64,000 nt of DNA from Saccostrea echinata. Lineage: Eukaryota. This document shows positions 1 through 26,011 of the stretch, piece by piece. A program made the position numbers and the translations under genes. Every line of letters starts with the position of its first letter. Position 1 is the stretch's first letter. The stretch lies in contig NW_026889753.1 in the NCBI RefSeq assembly GCF_033153115.1, positions 7,936,001 through 8,000,000 of the forward strand, given 5' to 3'. The notes under the pieces are model-generated. The model did no database searches and was not told where the DNA came from. It saw nothing but the letters and a program-made list of their open reading frames with translations.

Positions 1-549
1 TTGTGAAAAAGACACTTCTTTGAATGTACAAACCTTTTTTAAAAAGTTAGCAAGTTCTTTGAAATTATAAAAAGAGAAAAAAAATCTGTGTCTTTCAGAA
101 TGCCAATGTACAATGATCATATGTATATGTATTATTTTAGATATCCTTTTCCCTTGTCTGATAAGTCTTATATCTGCTGATATTTTCTTCTGTTCTTTTT
201 TTTTTCTTGGTAGAAAAAAATGAGGCCTATAGATAAATTCTGTTATTTTTTAGTTGAGTGCATACCGAAAATCAGTTGTGATAGACCGGTATATTGATGT
301 TTTAACGTATCCAATATAAATAACTGTCCCACCTGCCTGTTTAGGCAAAAACAAAACTCCCCTCCGCAATGAAAGAGTGTACCAAGGGAGATAATCTTGA
401 AACTTGCATATCGGTGAGGGTCTAGCTCTCTGATGCATATCTGTCCAAACTTTTCCAGAGAGCTAATTAATTTAGTTCTGTATAGCACTAGCTTATTCAG
501 TGCTCCACATTATTTTAAATATGTGGTAGGTGGGGGTTTGGGGTTGGTC

Positions 550-1294
550 CACAGGCACTTGTTTCTTTAATAAATTTTTGACCCATAGTATAATAATAAC
601 ACAAAGGTATCCAACTCCGAATTACATGAAGTACCCCCCCCCCCCCCCCAGAATCGCACTCATTTACACTTTCAGAGGAAATGCACTGGCAAACTGTTTA
701 TACCCATGTCTGCTACGATAATTTATCTACACAACCATTTATGGCATACTTGTCTTTAATCTCCGTAAACAGTGTCAAAACGTTGCTCGCCGAGTGCAAA
801 AGTCAAACTCAACCATAGAATGGTATGTGCTAATCCTGGGCAGAGATTTTGATTGGCTAAAAATCTGTTTCTAAAATTACATCGGAAAAATATTATAGTG
901 TTTTTATGGAAAATGAGAGTTAAACATATATTATTTATTCACTGCAATATTTAAACACTGGAATTGAATTTTTAAATCCACTCACTTTTTAATTCTGCTC
1001 TTTGTCTAGGATTAGCACATACCATTTCATGGTTGAATTCGACTTTTCCACTCGGCGAGCAGAGTTTGATGCTGTTTATGGAAATAAAAGAAAATAAAGA
1101 CAAGCATGCCATATTTGGTTGTGTAGATAAATTATTGTAGAAGACACAGGTATAAACAGTTTGCCATTGCATGTCCTCTGAAATTGTAAATGAGTGTGAT
1201 TCTGAGGGAGGGGATACTCCGTGTAATTTGGAGTTGGATACCTTGTGTTATTATGTTATGGGTCAAAATTTTATTACAGAAACAAGTGCCTGTG
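550..1294. mobile_element. Foldback-like non-autonomous DNA transposon with ~300-bp inverted arms
   Basis: CACAGGCACTTGTTTCT...AGAAACAAGTGCCTGTG; arms at ~550-846 and ~998-1294. Flanks GGTTGGTC/GGTTGGTT (8-bp TSD, 1 mismatch), or a perfect 6-bp GTTGGT if the ends are 549/1295. Confidence 0.85.
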
Positions 1295-1539
1295 GGTTGG
1301 TTATATAATAATTGACTGTTTACAATGCTTCAGCTTTTTACCAACATTAAATTTGGCTACAATATGATGTCATGTCCGCATGTCCAAAGCCATGGCACTG
1401 TGATGTCATTAATATTGACCTACTGCATAGTTCTAGCTTTTAAAAAAAAATTAACATGTCATGACGTATCGTACACACGTAAAATATCTAATGACAAAAT
1501 ACCATGCAGTCCGCCCGCACATGATACTCTCTACTGTGT

Positions 1540-2090
1540 AGGCTTCTGATTAGTCATAGAAGTCAATGAATCATCATCAATCCAATTGATTGTGAAATTT
1601 TCCCGCCAATATCACTATCCGTAAACTGACCAAGACAGCTTTGGTAACTACATTAACGCTTTTTTACAAAATCTTACTTTCCAGTATACCGCGTAACAAA
1701 ACTGATGTAAAAAAAAACTTAAGAAAAAAAACACAGTATCTTTGCACACTCTTCGTTTGTTGTGTTGACTCGGCCCACGTGCGAAAAAGCCGAAACCAAA
1801 GCTTTCCTATAAGATTAACTACGATTGGTGTATTTAATTTGTGACATTGTCACGTGGTTTCTCATGTCGGATTGTTGGGAAAAAAATGTCGACCAAGAGG
1901 CATAGAAGAAGATGAAATACATTTCGCGTCCATAAATTATTAGGCTAATATTATATGAAAATTATGCATGAAATGAAAAATACAAAATTGACGGTTTCTT
2001 GAATAAAATCCGACATCGAGGGAAGAGGTTTCGTTGCGTAAGATAATTTCCATTTCGGAAACTCATTTCCTTGTCAGAAAAACAACAAAG

Positions 2091-2096
<6 letters not shown>
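1540..2096 (+). promoter_or_regulatory. Putative PKN promoter / 5' region
   Basis: Locally CpG-richer. E2F-like TTTCCCGCC at 1599-1607, E-boxes CACGTG near 1776 and 1851, ATTGG near 1824, and YY1-type AAGATGGCG overlapping the ATG (2088-2096). TSS unknown. Confidence 0.45.
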
Positions 2097-17199
<15,103 letters not shown>

Positions 17200-17794
17200 C
17201 AGTGTGACAAAGTTCAAAGGTCACCTGACCAGAAACAGTCTGCATCAGTATTCTTCCAGTTTCCATGTTGCCAGCATTTTCCACTGGCATTGATCAAGCA
17301 AGCAGAAAATTCAGTGATGATTGAATGTTGCTAACTTGCAGATATGTTGCTTGGATCAAATGCCAAGAAGTATTATATGTTAGAACACACTGCTTTTATG
17401 TTGAAGGTTAAAATAACATTTATGCACTTCACCAGACCTGCTCACGTAGCAAGAACAAAGTCACATTGATTTCTCCATTTCATTATCATTAGTACTGGAG
17501 CAGGGATGAGTATCATTACTTAACGTTCATGTCAGTCTACTACAGGGATTAACTCCTGAAAAGAGTTGTGCAAATCTACAAGGGTTAAATGTTGGTGCAT
17601 TCAGTCATAATATTGTACAAATGTATTGTGCAAGGGCACCTGCCGCCTGAGCCGAGGCCCATGATGGCTGATTATGAGAATATCTTCCCCTAAACTGTGA
17701 TATTTCTGTGGTCTTTTTGGAGATGTGTGAATCACAGCATCTATTTATAAGGGAGTTGATTAGTGAATAATATGTGAATATTTGGAAAGTTATG

Positions 17795-17950
17795 AATAAA
17801 TTAGAGCATTAATAGCTTTGTACAATTTTCTTATTGATTGTTGCTACTGAGGGAATTCATTGCCCAGTCATTTTATTGGGAGTTATTATGAATAAACATG
17901 AAATAAGCTGATTGTTTGTTTTACTTGTAAATAGATGGCTTTCAAATAAA
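17795..17950 (+). promoter_or_regulatory. Candidate PKN polyadenylation signals
   Basis: AATAAA at 17795, 17891 and 17945, just upstream of the repeat-rich block starting at ~18136. Confidence 0.45.
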
Positions 17951-18504
17951 ATTCTTCTTTACCATTGTAAGGAGACAGGAAGAAGATGGTTATACAAAAT
18001 GAAATGTTCGTTTTCCTTGAGAAAATTCTTGGTTGAAGCTAGAGTAGGATGGAAAGAGAACTGATAAAGAGATCCAGATATTTTCTATAGTATTACAATT
18101 CCAGGGGTATGTTTATGTACATGAAGACTTCTAACTTGGAGGCTAATGGGGCTGAATCACCTATGTCCTACTGTTCTTTAGATCAAGCAATTTAAAGGAT
18201 TATTTCCTGTTTCTTCCCCTGAAAAATTTTGACTGTGCCCCAAGACCATAAACTGAGAATAGACGTTGTGGCACCACCCTAGCCCCAAAGGAGTTAAGTG
18301 AACTTGGAGAATCTACACAATAAGGCATGTTCAATATCAATATGACTAATGTTACTTTGCTGTTCAAAAGACTTGACATTAAAGTAAATCCCTGATTTTA
18401 GCCCCCCTCTAACCCCCAGTCTCCATAATTTGGAGGGAAAGAACTTGAATCCACACAACTTATGGATGTTTGCATATCAGTAGTGTGGCCCTGCTACTCT
18501 TTAA

Positions 18505-19502
18505 TTTTGAGGTTACCTGCTTGATAAGGTGACCTATTGCTATCTGTGTGTCTTAACATTTGAACATTTTCACCTTCTTTCCTGGAACTGCTGCACCAAC
18601 TTCAAACAACTTGGTCACTAGCATCTTTTTATGGGAAGAGGAGAACAAAATGTGTGAATTTCATGGTCTCTGCCAACCAGGGGCATGGGATGTGGCCAAA
18701 ACCTTCAAAATTAGTACTATCTTCAAAAATCATCAGGCAGTCAAGCTGTTGGCATTACATGTACATTTAATAAGCATGAAGCCCTATACAAAAATTATTT
18801 TAATGATCATATTGTGAATATGCCTACAGTGCTCCAGTATATATAGCAGAAACTAAAGTACATGATTATAATGAGCTAGGAAGCCTCTTCCAAAATTCAT
18901 GGTCCCTGGGTCAGGGATTCTGGAGTTAATTTAGATGGGGTCTATTCCACTCATGTATGGATATTGTTCCTCCACTTTAGGAGAAGTTGTTCCCCTTTGT
19001 CATTTAACTATGATAATTAATCACTAAAAGTAATGCTTTGATAGGTAAATCAAATAAAAGATGTGCTGATTACTCGTATTATCAGATTAACTATTTTATT
19101 CCTCGTCATCCTATTCCTCTTGTTTTTTGAGCAACATATCTTCATCTATTATACATTACAGGCCCGTAGAAAGCAATTTCAGTTTGGGGGGGGGGGGGCA
19201 CAGCCATACATTTTTCAGTTGACAGTTGAGGGGGCACTCAAAATTCCTTGACAAGCCAAAAAAAAAAAGTCATCAGACGTTTTTATTGAGGGGGCACAAG
19301 CACTTATTATCTATGTTTTCTATAGGATATATACATCTATATATAGGCAAAATTATTGGGAGTGGGCAATCCCCCCCCCCCCCCGGTTCCTACGGCCATG
19401 CATTATCTTGTTTGTATTATAATAATTTACTTGTCATTCCATGAATCCTTTACAGAGTTGTATTATACTCAGGTGACCTTTGAGGCCCCTGGGCTTCTTT
19501 TT
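18505..19502 (+). mobile_element. Second HINE-like family nested in the 18136-20255 element
   Basis: 5' GGTTACCTG..AGGTGACCTATTGC. 3' TATTATACTCAGGTGACC..GGCCCCTGGG..CTT, shared with 49850-49892. Confidence 0.65.
19159..19400 (+). mobile_element. MITE with poly-G/poly-C tracts and 5-bp TSD, copy 1
   Basis: CAGGCCCGTAG...CTACGGCCATG; TSD CATTA on both sides. Confidence 0.88.
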
Positions 19503-21348
19503 CTTTGAATTCCCCCCTTTATGCCCATGTAAAACCACATGGAACGTTTGTATAACTTGAATCAGCACTACCTGAGAATGCTAACATCTAAAAATTAATT
19601 ACTAACCATGTTCTTTAAAGATTTTTTTCCAGTATATTCTCATGTAAATCCTCGATCCCTCGTCCTACCCCTGTGACCATGATTTTAACAAGCTTGAATC
19701 AATAAAACTTATAGTTTCTTGCTTATTTATTTGACAAATAGTGCACCTGCTGTTCTTACAAAAAAAATATTTTTAATGCATAATTGTCATGAAAAATTGA
19801 AGTCCAACCCTACCCTGAGGGGCCATGACTTGAACAAACTTGTACCTGCACTATCTTAGGATGCTTGCTTTTTAATACCACTAATTATGACATTGCTGCA
19901 TATTCTTCGGAATACTTTAAAAATATTTCTTCCTTTATTTTACCACATTAAATTTTGATCCACTATTTTGGTACTACCCTACACCTGCATAGGGGCTATG
20001 ATTTGTGATAAATTACCTTTTTCTGACCCGATGGTTCTTGAGAAGATTTTTTAAAAATACACCCAAAGTTAAATCCATTTTCAAGAGAAATTGAGTAATT
20101 TTGCATTCATTTCACCCAAGAATGGTTTGGGGCAACTTTGGTTGATATTGATCTCGTGGCTGCAGTGAACAACGTTGAAAATGTAAACCGTTAACAAACA
20201 GACAAACACGTGATCAGGAAATTCACGTGAACCTTCGATCCAGGTGAGCTAAAAATCGTTTCAACTTGGGAGGAAGTAAACTGTGCCTACAGGATAAAAT
20301 AAATAAGTCGCTTATAATATTAAGAAGTGTTTATCTCACCATTTTCGCGTCAGTCAAGTTAATTTCAGGAATATCGGATTGATTTGCAATATATAAAACC
20401 CTCTTTTTGTACACGCGTACAGTATGAAATACTTTGTTTTTGATTTTATTATAACGACCACTAGGAGATAATACTCATGATATTTTTTTATCTCTATATT
20501 TCAGGAGATTTCCGAAAACTTAGTCCTACTAATGTGGGGGTATAAGCTGACAATAGTACCAAATACCGGGGGGGGGGGGGTGAAAATATTTATGCATAGG
20601 GATATTTCCTTGACATATCAGCCACCTAGATTCATCATAAAATTAAAGCAAAATATATACGAGATCGGATTTCGGACCCTCCTGGGATTGTCAAACCTGG
20701 ACCCCCTCCCATTAAGGGATAAGAATTTCTTTTAAAGTAGGTAAGATTACGTGTAAGAAAGCGTCTCCTTTGATCTGATGATCCGCACCTGTCAATTCGA
20801 CGTGATACGGCTCTTCGGATGGTTGAGAAATGTTAAATATAGATTATTAAAGTCGTTAATTATACATGTAGTTCTATAGTTTATGACTGATATTTACTCA
20901 AGGTATAATCAACTGTATATAACTTTTTCGTGAATAAATTAAGTTCGTAGAAGTCGTAATCTGATTTCCTAGTGAGTCATGCGATTACTTTCCGAAGAAA
21001 ACATCACAAATTGAAAAAAAAAATAAGTACGGAACGCATTGTCCATTTCTTCAGATAATTTTCTTTTAACTTCTACTTGATCAGGCTCTCACTTTCAAAT
21101 TCTGGTGAAAATGAATTGAGTTTCTGTTCAAATAGTTTTACTAATTGACTTACACTTATAGGTTACCCAAGTGAACAGTAACAATAAAAGAATATGAGAT
21201 TTGCATGTGCGCATCCTATAGGTAGAAACATATAAAAATCAAAAGCTACTTCATTTCGGACCATACCTCTTTCATATTTCGAAAATTATACAATTATCTA
21301 TCAAGTTATATATATAAAAAAATACACTGTACATGCACGTGTCACTAT

Positions 21349-21927
21349 GACAGGTGCTTGCATGGGGATGCCCCCCCCCCCCCCCCCGTGTTCCGTACAT
21401 CAAGGTACGTTGACCTTTTTTTAAATGAAATATTTTTCTATTACATATTCTCAAAGTATTACAGCTGCACGGCCATAGGAACGGGGGGGGCACGGGGGGG
21501 CGTGCCCCCCAATAATTTTGCCGATATATAGATTACTATAGTAAACATAGATACATGTACTATATGCTTGTGCCCCCTCAGTAAAAACGTCTGATGACCT
21601 TTTTTTTTTTTTTTGCTTGTCAGAAAATTTTTGGTAGTTCCCCCTCAACTGTCAACTGATAAATGTTTGGTTGTGCCCCCCCCCCAAAAAAAACTGAAAT
21701 TGCTTCCTACGGGCCTGAACTGAAAAATCTAAAATATAATATCAAACTAGCCTTTTTAGCATCAGAGAGTGTGAAATTTTATAAAAGGCTAGTTTTATGT
21801 CATATATTGGATTTTTCAGTTGAAATAATTTGTGAATGTATCAGAAAAATATTTTATCAAAAGTTAAAGAACCCTAGGGATACGGAACACCGGGGGGGGG
21901 GGGGGGGTCCGTCACCAAGCACCTGTG
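21349..21927. mobile_element. Non-autonomous DNA transposon with 8-bp TSD (CACAGG-type ends)
   Basis: GACAGGTGCTTG...CAAGCACCTGTG with extended inverted arms; perfect TSD GTCACTAT at 21341-21348 and 21928-21935. Confidence 0.85.
21468..21717 (-). mobile_element. Same 5-bp-TSD MITE, copy 2 (nested)
   Basis: Reverse-complement match to 19159-19400; flanks AGCTG/AACTG. Confidence 0.85.
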
Positions 21928-23737
21928 GTCACTATCAGTTTCACCTGGGTTAATCAGTTTACCCGCTGTGGTACCCCAGGGGAGTAGGCCTGTCTTACAA
22001 TTTTATTCGTCCAAGTTTAATTCCTAAGTTCCTGTGAAATATTTTATACCTGTCTGTTACGTCTGGTCTTCGGGTGATAGGGGTAAAGTGTACTTTGATG
22101 TTGTTCCTGGTTATCAAGTTACGCATTAAACACTGTCTCAATTTCTTAGAAATATAAATATAGGCATAAATTGCAATTAACACCAGTATCTGGGGAAAAG
22201 GATGAAAGTAACAAAGATATGTTCGATAAAGTTTTTTTCTCAAAATTTTTACCAAATATTAATTTACACGCAGATGTTGGCAGATGCATGTATTTAAATT
22301 ACTTATAGTAATACATGGACATTAATACATGCGCGGATCTAGAGGGGGGTCGAGGGTCCGCCCCCCGGAATTTGCAGAGTTATTAAAAGTGTATACAGAA
22401 GCAAATAAAAAATATGTAAACACTGTTGAGTTCAGTGTTACAGCTCTGCAGCAAGCTCAGTCCTTTCTGAATAATTCAGAGCTCAAAGATGCTTGTATAC
22501 TAACAAAGTGTGTTCTATAGAAGAACCAACAGACCCACAGGAACCAGGGAGGTGTACGTGTGTGTGCTCCTACCCTCCCAAATACATACTTTTCTGTGGA
22601 AAACAAAGTTGATTTATAGTACGTACGTCCCCTCAAAATTATTGGCGGTGTAGTTATACAAGATAACAAATCTAATTAACACTCATGCCCCCTCAAAAAT
22701 AACATCTGACAACCCAAAAACTGAAATTGCTTCCTACGGGCCTTGTCAATATTCCTAATCAAGCACAAGCAGTTTGGTTTTTATATATAAAAGACCTGCT
22801 TCAAACAACTACCATATTTTGTTCAACAAATTATTGTACATTTATGACAATGGTTGTTTGACAGTTTAGTCAAGTATTTACATTTCAATCCCAGTGATAC
22901 TACTACCCAAATTTAAGGCAAGTACTTCCAGGCAAGTAGGAAGAAAGAGGAATGGGGTTAACCCCCCCCCCCCAATAAAAATATATATAGAACAAAATAT
23001 AATACATAGACACACCAAAATAAAATACAGCAGAAAATAAAGATAATTTATGGTCCTGCTGAAGGTCCCTCAGTATTAAAGATATATATGGTTATCCTTT
23101 TCTTTTACCCTGCAAATTAAGGAATTTCTAATTTCTGTTAGGTTACAACCCCCTCCCCCCTCCCCTACTGAAATTTTCTACAGGCCTGACTTTACAAACT
23201 AGTGAAAATCTAAATGCTTCTTTTACAAGTTATAATAACTGATAATAGGGCCAGTGCACAAAAATTCTACTAGATTTGTTTTTGTAAACCTTTATCCAAA
23301 AAAAAAACCCCTCATACTTTTGTCTGAATAAAGTGGCTGTCAGGTAAATCAGTTGGACTCTGGTTCTGAGCAAAGATGTCTCTGTCTAAAAAATAATTCA
23401 ATCTCAATATCTAAGTTGTATAACCATGATAACCAAGATACAATGCAAGAGAAATGAGCATGGAAAATAGAGTAGAAGCACTAGATGGAGACTCAAATTT
23501 AGAACCCAATGATCCAATGGAACAAAAAAGCCACACTTATAGAGTACCAAATTATCAATCAGAATATAAAGTGTTTGATATTTCACTTTGCCTGTATCAA
23601 GATATACTAATCATAAACAAATAGGAGTCTTATCTTTAAATATATTTATCTCATATTTTTAATATAATATGGAATAATATTTCATAAGTTTATGCATCAA
23701 ATAATAATTTTTTTCGAACACAGTCTTCCCAAACATA

Positions 23738-25621
23738 TCACTCCCCATCTTTGTAAAGTCTGCGTAATTTCTCCCGTTTCCCCTTGTTGTTGTGCTTCTT
23801 CCATGGTTTTCCAGCCACAGACATCATGCTGCTGCTCACACTGTTCCCCCCATATGTGGCCCCACCGGACTGTTGGGCACTGACCATTCCTTTGGAATGC
23901 ATACCAACACTTAACTTCTGAAAAAAGTCCTTATCAAGCTTGCTTTGGCGTGCAGGGGCCTCTTTTGGTTTCTTTTTTGACAAAATAGATTGTTGTTTTT
24001 CTCTTATGTCTTTAGGAACAATTCCTCCCAACTGGAAATTTTTTTCATCCACATCAGGTGGTGGGTGACAGTAGAGGAGGCGCCCATTCACAAAGTCCTT
24101 GAGGATGTACCTGGCTGTCCGTGGGCAGTCTGGGATACCATTTACAGACATATATCCCCTCATACTGCCATAGGTTGTCAGAAGTTCTTCTGCGGTGGGC
24201 CAGCGATTTGGGTCCTCCCCTTCTGGGGGTGGTGGGAGGTTTATTCCATACAAAGCCTCCAGTGTTTCCCTTTGGATGTAACTGCACACAAGATTCACTG
24301 GGGGCCAATGGTCCCTCATCTGGTCAATTGGTAAAATTCCATTTACAATTAATTCTGCCTTTGTTGACACAAATGATGGGAACACAAGTCCAGGACAATC
24401 ACACAGCATCAAGTCACTTTCCACATACAGGGTCTGGAAGTGTTTGGTTCTCCCTGGGGTTGAAGACACTGGTACTTTCTTGGTTTTTAGGATTGCATTA
24501 ATTGTTGAACTTTTCCCAACATTAGGGTATCCAATCATGCCCACTGTTGTCTGTCCATCGGTCACTTTTTTCTCCCGGTGAACGCTTCTAAAATAATCAA
24601 GTAATTCTTCTGCATTTAGTACTTTAACACTATTATTCATTCTGGCACCTCCCGAAGCCACACTCCCACTGTTAGTTTCAATATGATCAAAAGGAGACTC
24701 ACTTGTTGGACAGGAAGTTTCTTCTGCTAAAATGTCTTTATGATCATCAACTTCAACTTCATCTGAACCAGGTACATTTTCCTCAAGTTTGTCACTGTAA
24801 CATTCAATGTCCTCTTCCTCACTAGTGTCCTCCTCCTCACTGTTTGATAACATCTCCTCCACCTCTTCCCCCCTCTCTGCTCTTTCATGTCTCTCAGATT
24901 CCTCTAGCGCTGACCAAAATGCCACCCGTGTTCCCACTTTATCGAAATACTCTTTCCACATCTGTCTTTGACTGTAACTAAGAAAATCGGCTTTATTGAT
25001 GAGTAAAATGTTAACTTTGCTTGTATCAACTTCCTTGACATATTGTTCTAAGTCATTACACTGATACAACAAGGGATTCCGAGCATCCACTACTTGGACA
25101 ATGATATCACTACGTTCTATTACTCTCCACAGTTGTCGCCAAAACTCAAGATTCTTTTCATACGGAGTCATGATAATCCCCTCAATCTCTTGTAAAGCAG
25201 ACAGACCTCTTCTCCACTGCAGAAAGCTTTCCCTTTCCATTTGATCTAACTGTTCAGCAGTGGTTGTCTCATCCCAGAGAGGTCGTCTTGGAATTCTTAG
25301 CAATGTCTCATGTTCTTTGTGTAACTGTTTAATGTGGTCTAGTTCCTCAGGTTTTAATCCCGTATGTTTATGGGGATCAACAAATTGAATGTTTAATTTC
25401 TCAGCTGTAAATTCGGTCCCTGCAAGTTCTGCCGTGGCCAGAAAGTCGTCTAAGTTACTCTGCTCAGTAACAGACTGCAGGTTCAACCTACCCCAGTCAT
25501 AACCGTCCTGTAGTTCACTAGTGTGAAGAAACGAATCATCCCTCTTGAGAATGTTTTTCTTGCCAAAACGATCCTTTATTAGGGATTTCCCTAGATTCCC
25601 ACCAGTTTTCTTTCTCCCCAT
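23738..25621 (-). CDS. LSG1: Large subunit GTPase 1 homolog (60S export/maturation, circularly permuted GTPase), 627 aa, uninterrupted ORF
   Basis: N-terminal HTSELQDGYDWGRLNLQSVTEQ and TPYEKNLEFWRQLWRVIERSD. Permuted G-motifs in order NKAD (G4), SAL (G5), GYPNVGKS (G1), PGRT (G2), DCPG (G3). C-terminal KPWKKHNNKGKREKLRR. Confidence 0.97.
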   Translation of the reverse strand: MGRKKTGGNLGKSLIKDRFGKKNILKRDDSFLHTSELQDGYDWGRLNLQSVTEQSNLDDFLATAELAGTEFTAEKLNIQFVDPHKHTGLKPEELDHIKQLHKEHETLLRIPRRPLWDETTTAEQLDQMERESFLQWRRGLSALQEIEGIIMTPYEKNLEFWRQLWRVIERSDIIVQVVDARNPLLYQCNDLEQYVKEVDTSKVNILLINKADFLSYSQRQMWKEYFDKVGTRVAFWSALEESERHERAERGEEVEEMLSNSEEEDTSEEEDIECYSDKLEENVPGSDEVEVDDHKDILAEETSCPTSESPFDHIETNSGSVASGGARMNNSVKVLNAEELLDYFRSVHREKKVTDGQTTVGMIGYPNVGKSSTINAILKTKKVPVSSTPGRTKHFQTLYVESDLMLCDCPGLVFPSFVSTKAELIVNGILPIDQMRDHWPPVNLVCSYIQRETLEALYGINLPPPPEGEDPNRWPTAEELLTTYGSMRGYMSVNGIPDCPRTARYILKDFVNGRLLYCHPPPDVDEKNFQLGGIVPKDIREKQQSILSKKKPKEAPARQSKLDKDFFQKLSVGMHSKGMVSAQQSGGATYGGNSVSSSMMSVAGKPWKKHNNKGKREKLRRLYKDGE

Positions 25622-26011
25622 TTTCAGATGATTTCACAACTTGCACATGTCAACACTGAAGATGGCTACTGCAAAGAGGAATAACTCTCATGAGATTTTT
25701 TTTATTCTTAATTCTGTTTTCGTTTGATGGTATAACAAATCAGTTTGTCTGAGCATATTGTATAAAAAAAAAAGACACAATTATTCAACAATCTGAATAA
25801 CATATGCTTATGATGGACGTTTGATAATTTTATGTTGCATTTTAATTTTCCGGGAATTGTAATTCTTGGACCTTGGCTTCAGGTTTTAGGTTTTTATTTC
25901 CTGGACGCACCTGATTGGTTGGATCCTTCAAAGAAAGATAAATAGCAGGCTGCATTTGAACATTGGCGGCGAAAGGGATCAGTGGATGACAAAGTAAAGA
26001 TCACAACAACA
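25622..26011. promoter_or_regulatory. Bidirectional promoter LSG1/HMMR with G2/M-type elements
   Basis: Only 390 bp separate the divergent start codons. CHR-like TTTGAA at 25955-25960 and TTCAAA at 25927-25932, CCAAT (ATTGG) at 25914 and 25962, E2F/CDE-like TTGGCGGCGAAA at 25963-25974, YY1-like AAGATGGC near 25659. Confidence 0.65.

Larger units (their letters stand above)
18136..20255 (-). mobile_element. Decayed non-autonomous Helentron-type (HINE-like) element with satellite units, interrupted by nested inserts
   Basis: Terminus CAGGTGAGCTAAAAA at 20241-20255 is the reverse of TTTTTAGCTCACCTG. Degenerate ~165-bp units (CATGA..TTGAACAAACTTGAATC..CACTA.CTGAG.ATGC). The other end resembles GAGGC..ATGGG at ~18138. 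Confidence 0.65.

Noticed and set aside
23692-24501. + strand ORFs overlapping LSG1
   Set aside because: Antisense shadows of a real CDS; no recognisable motifs.
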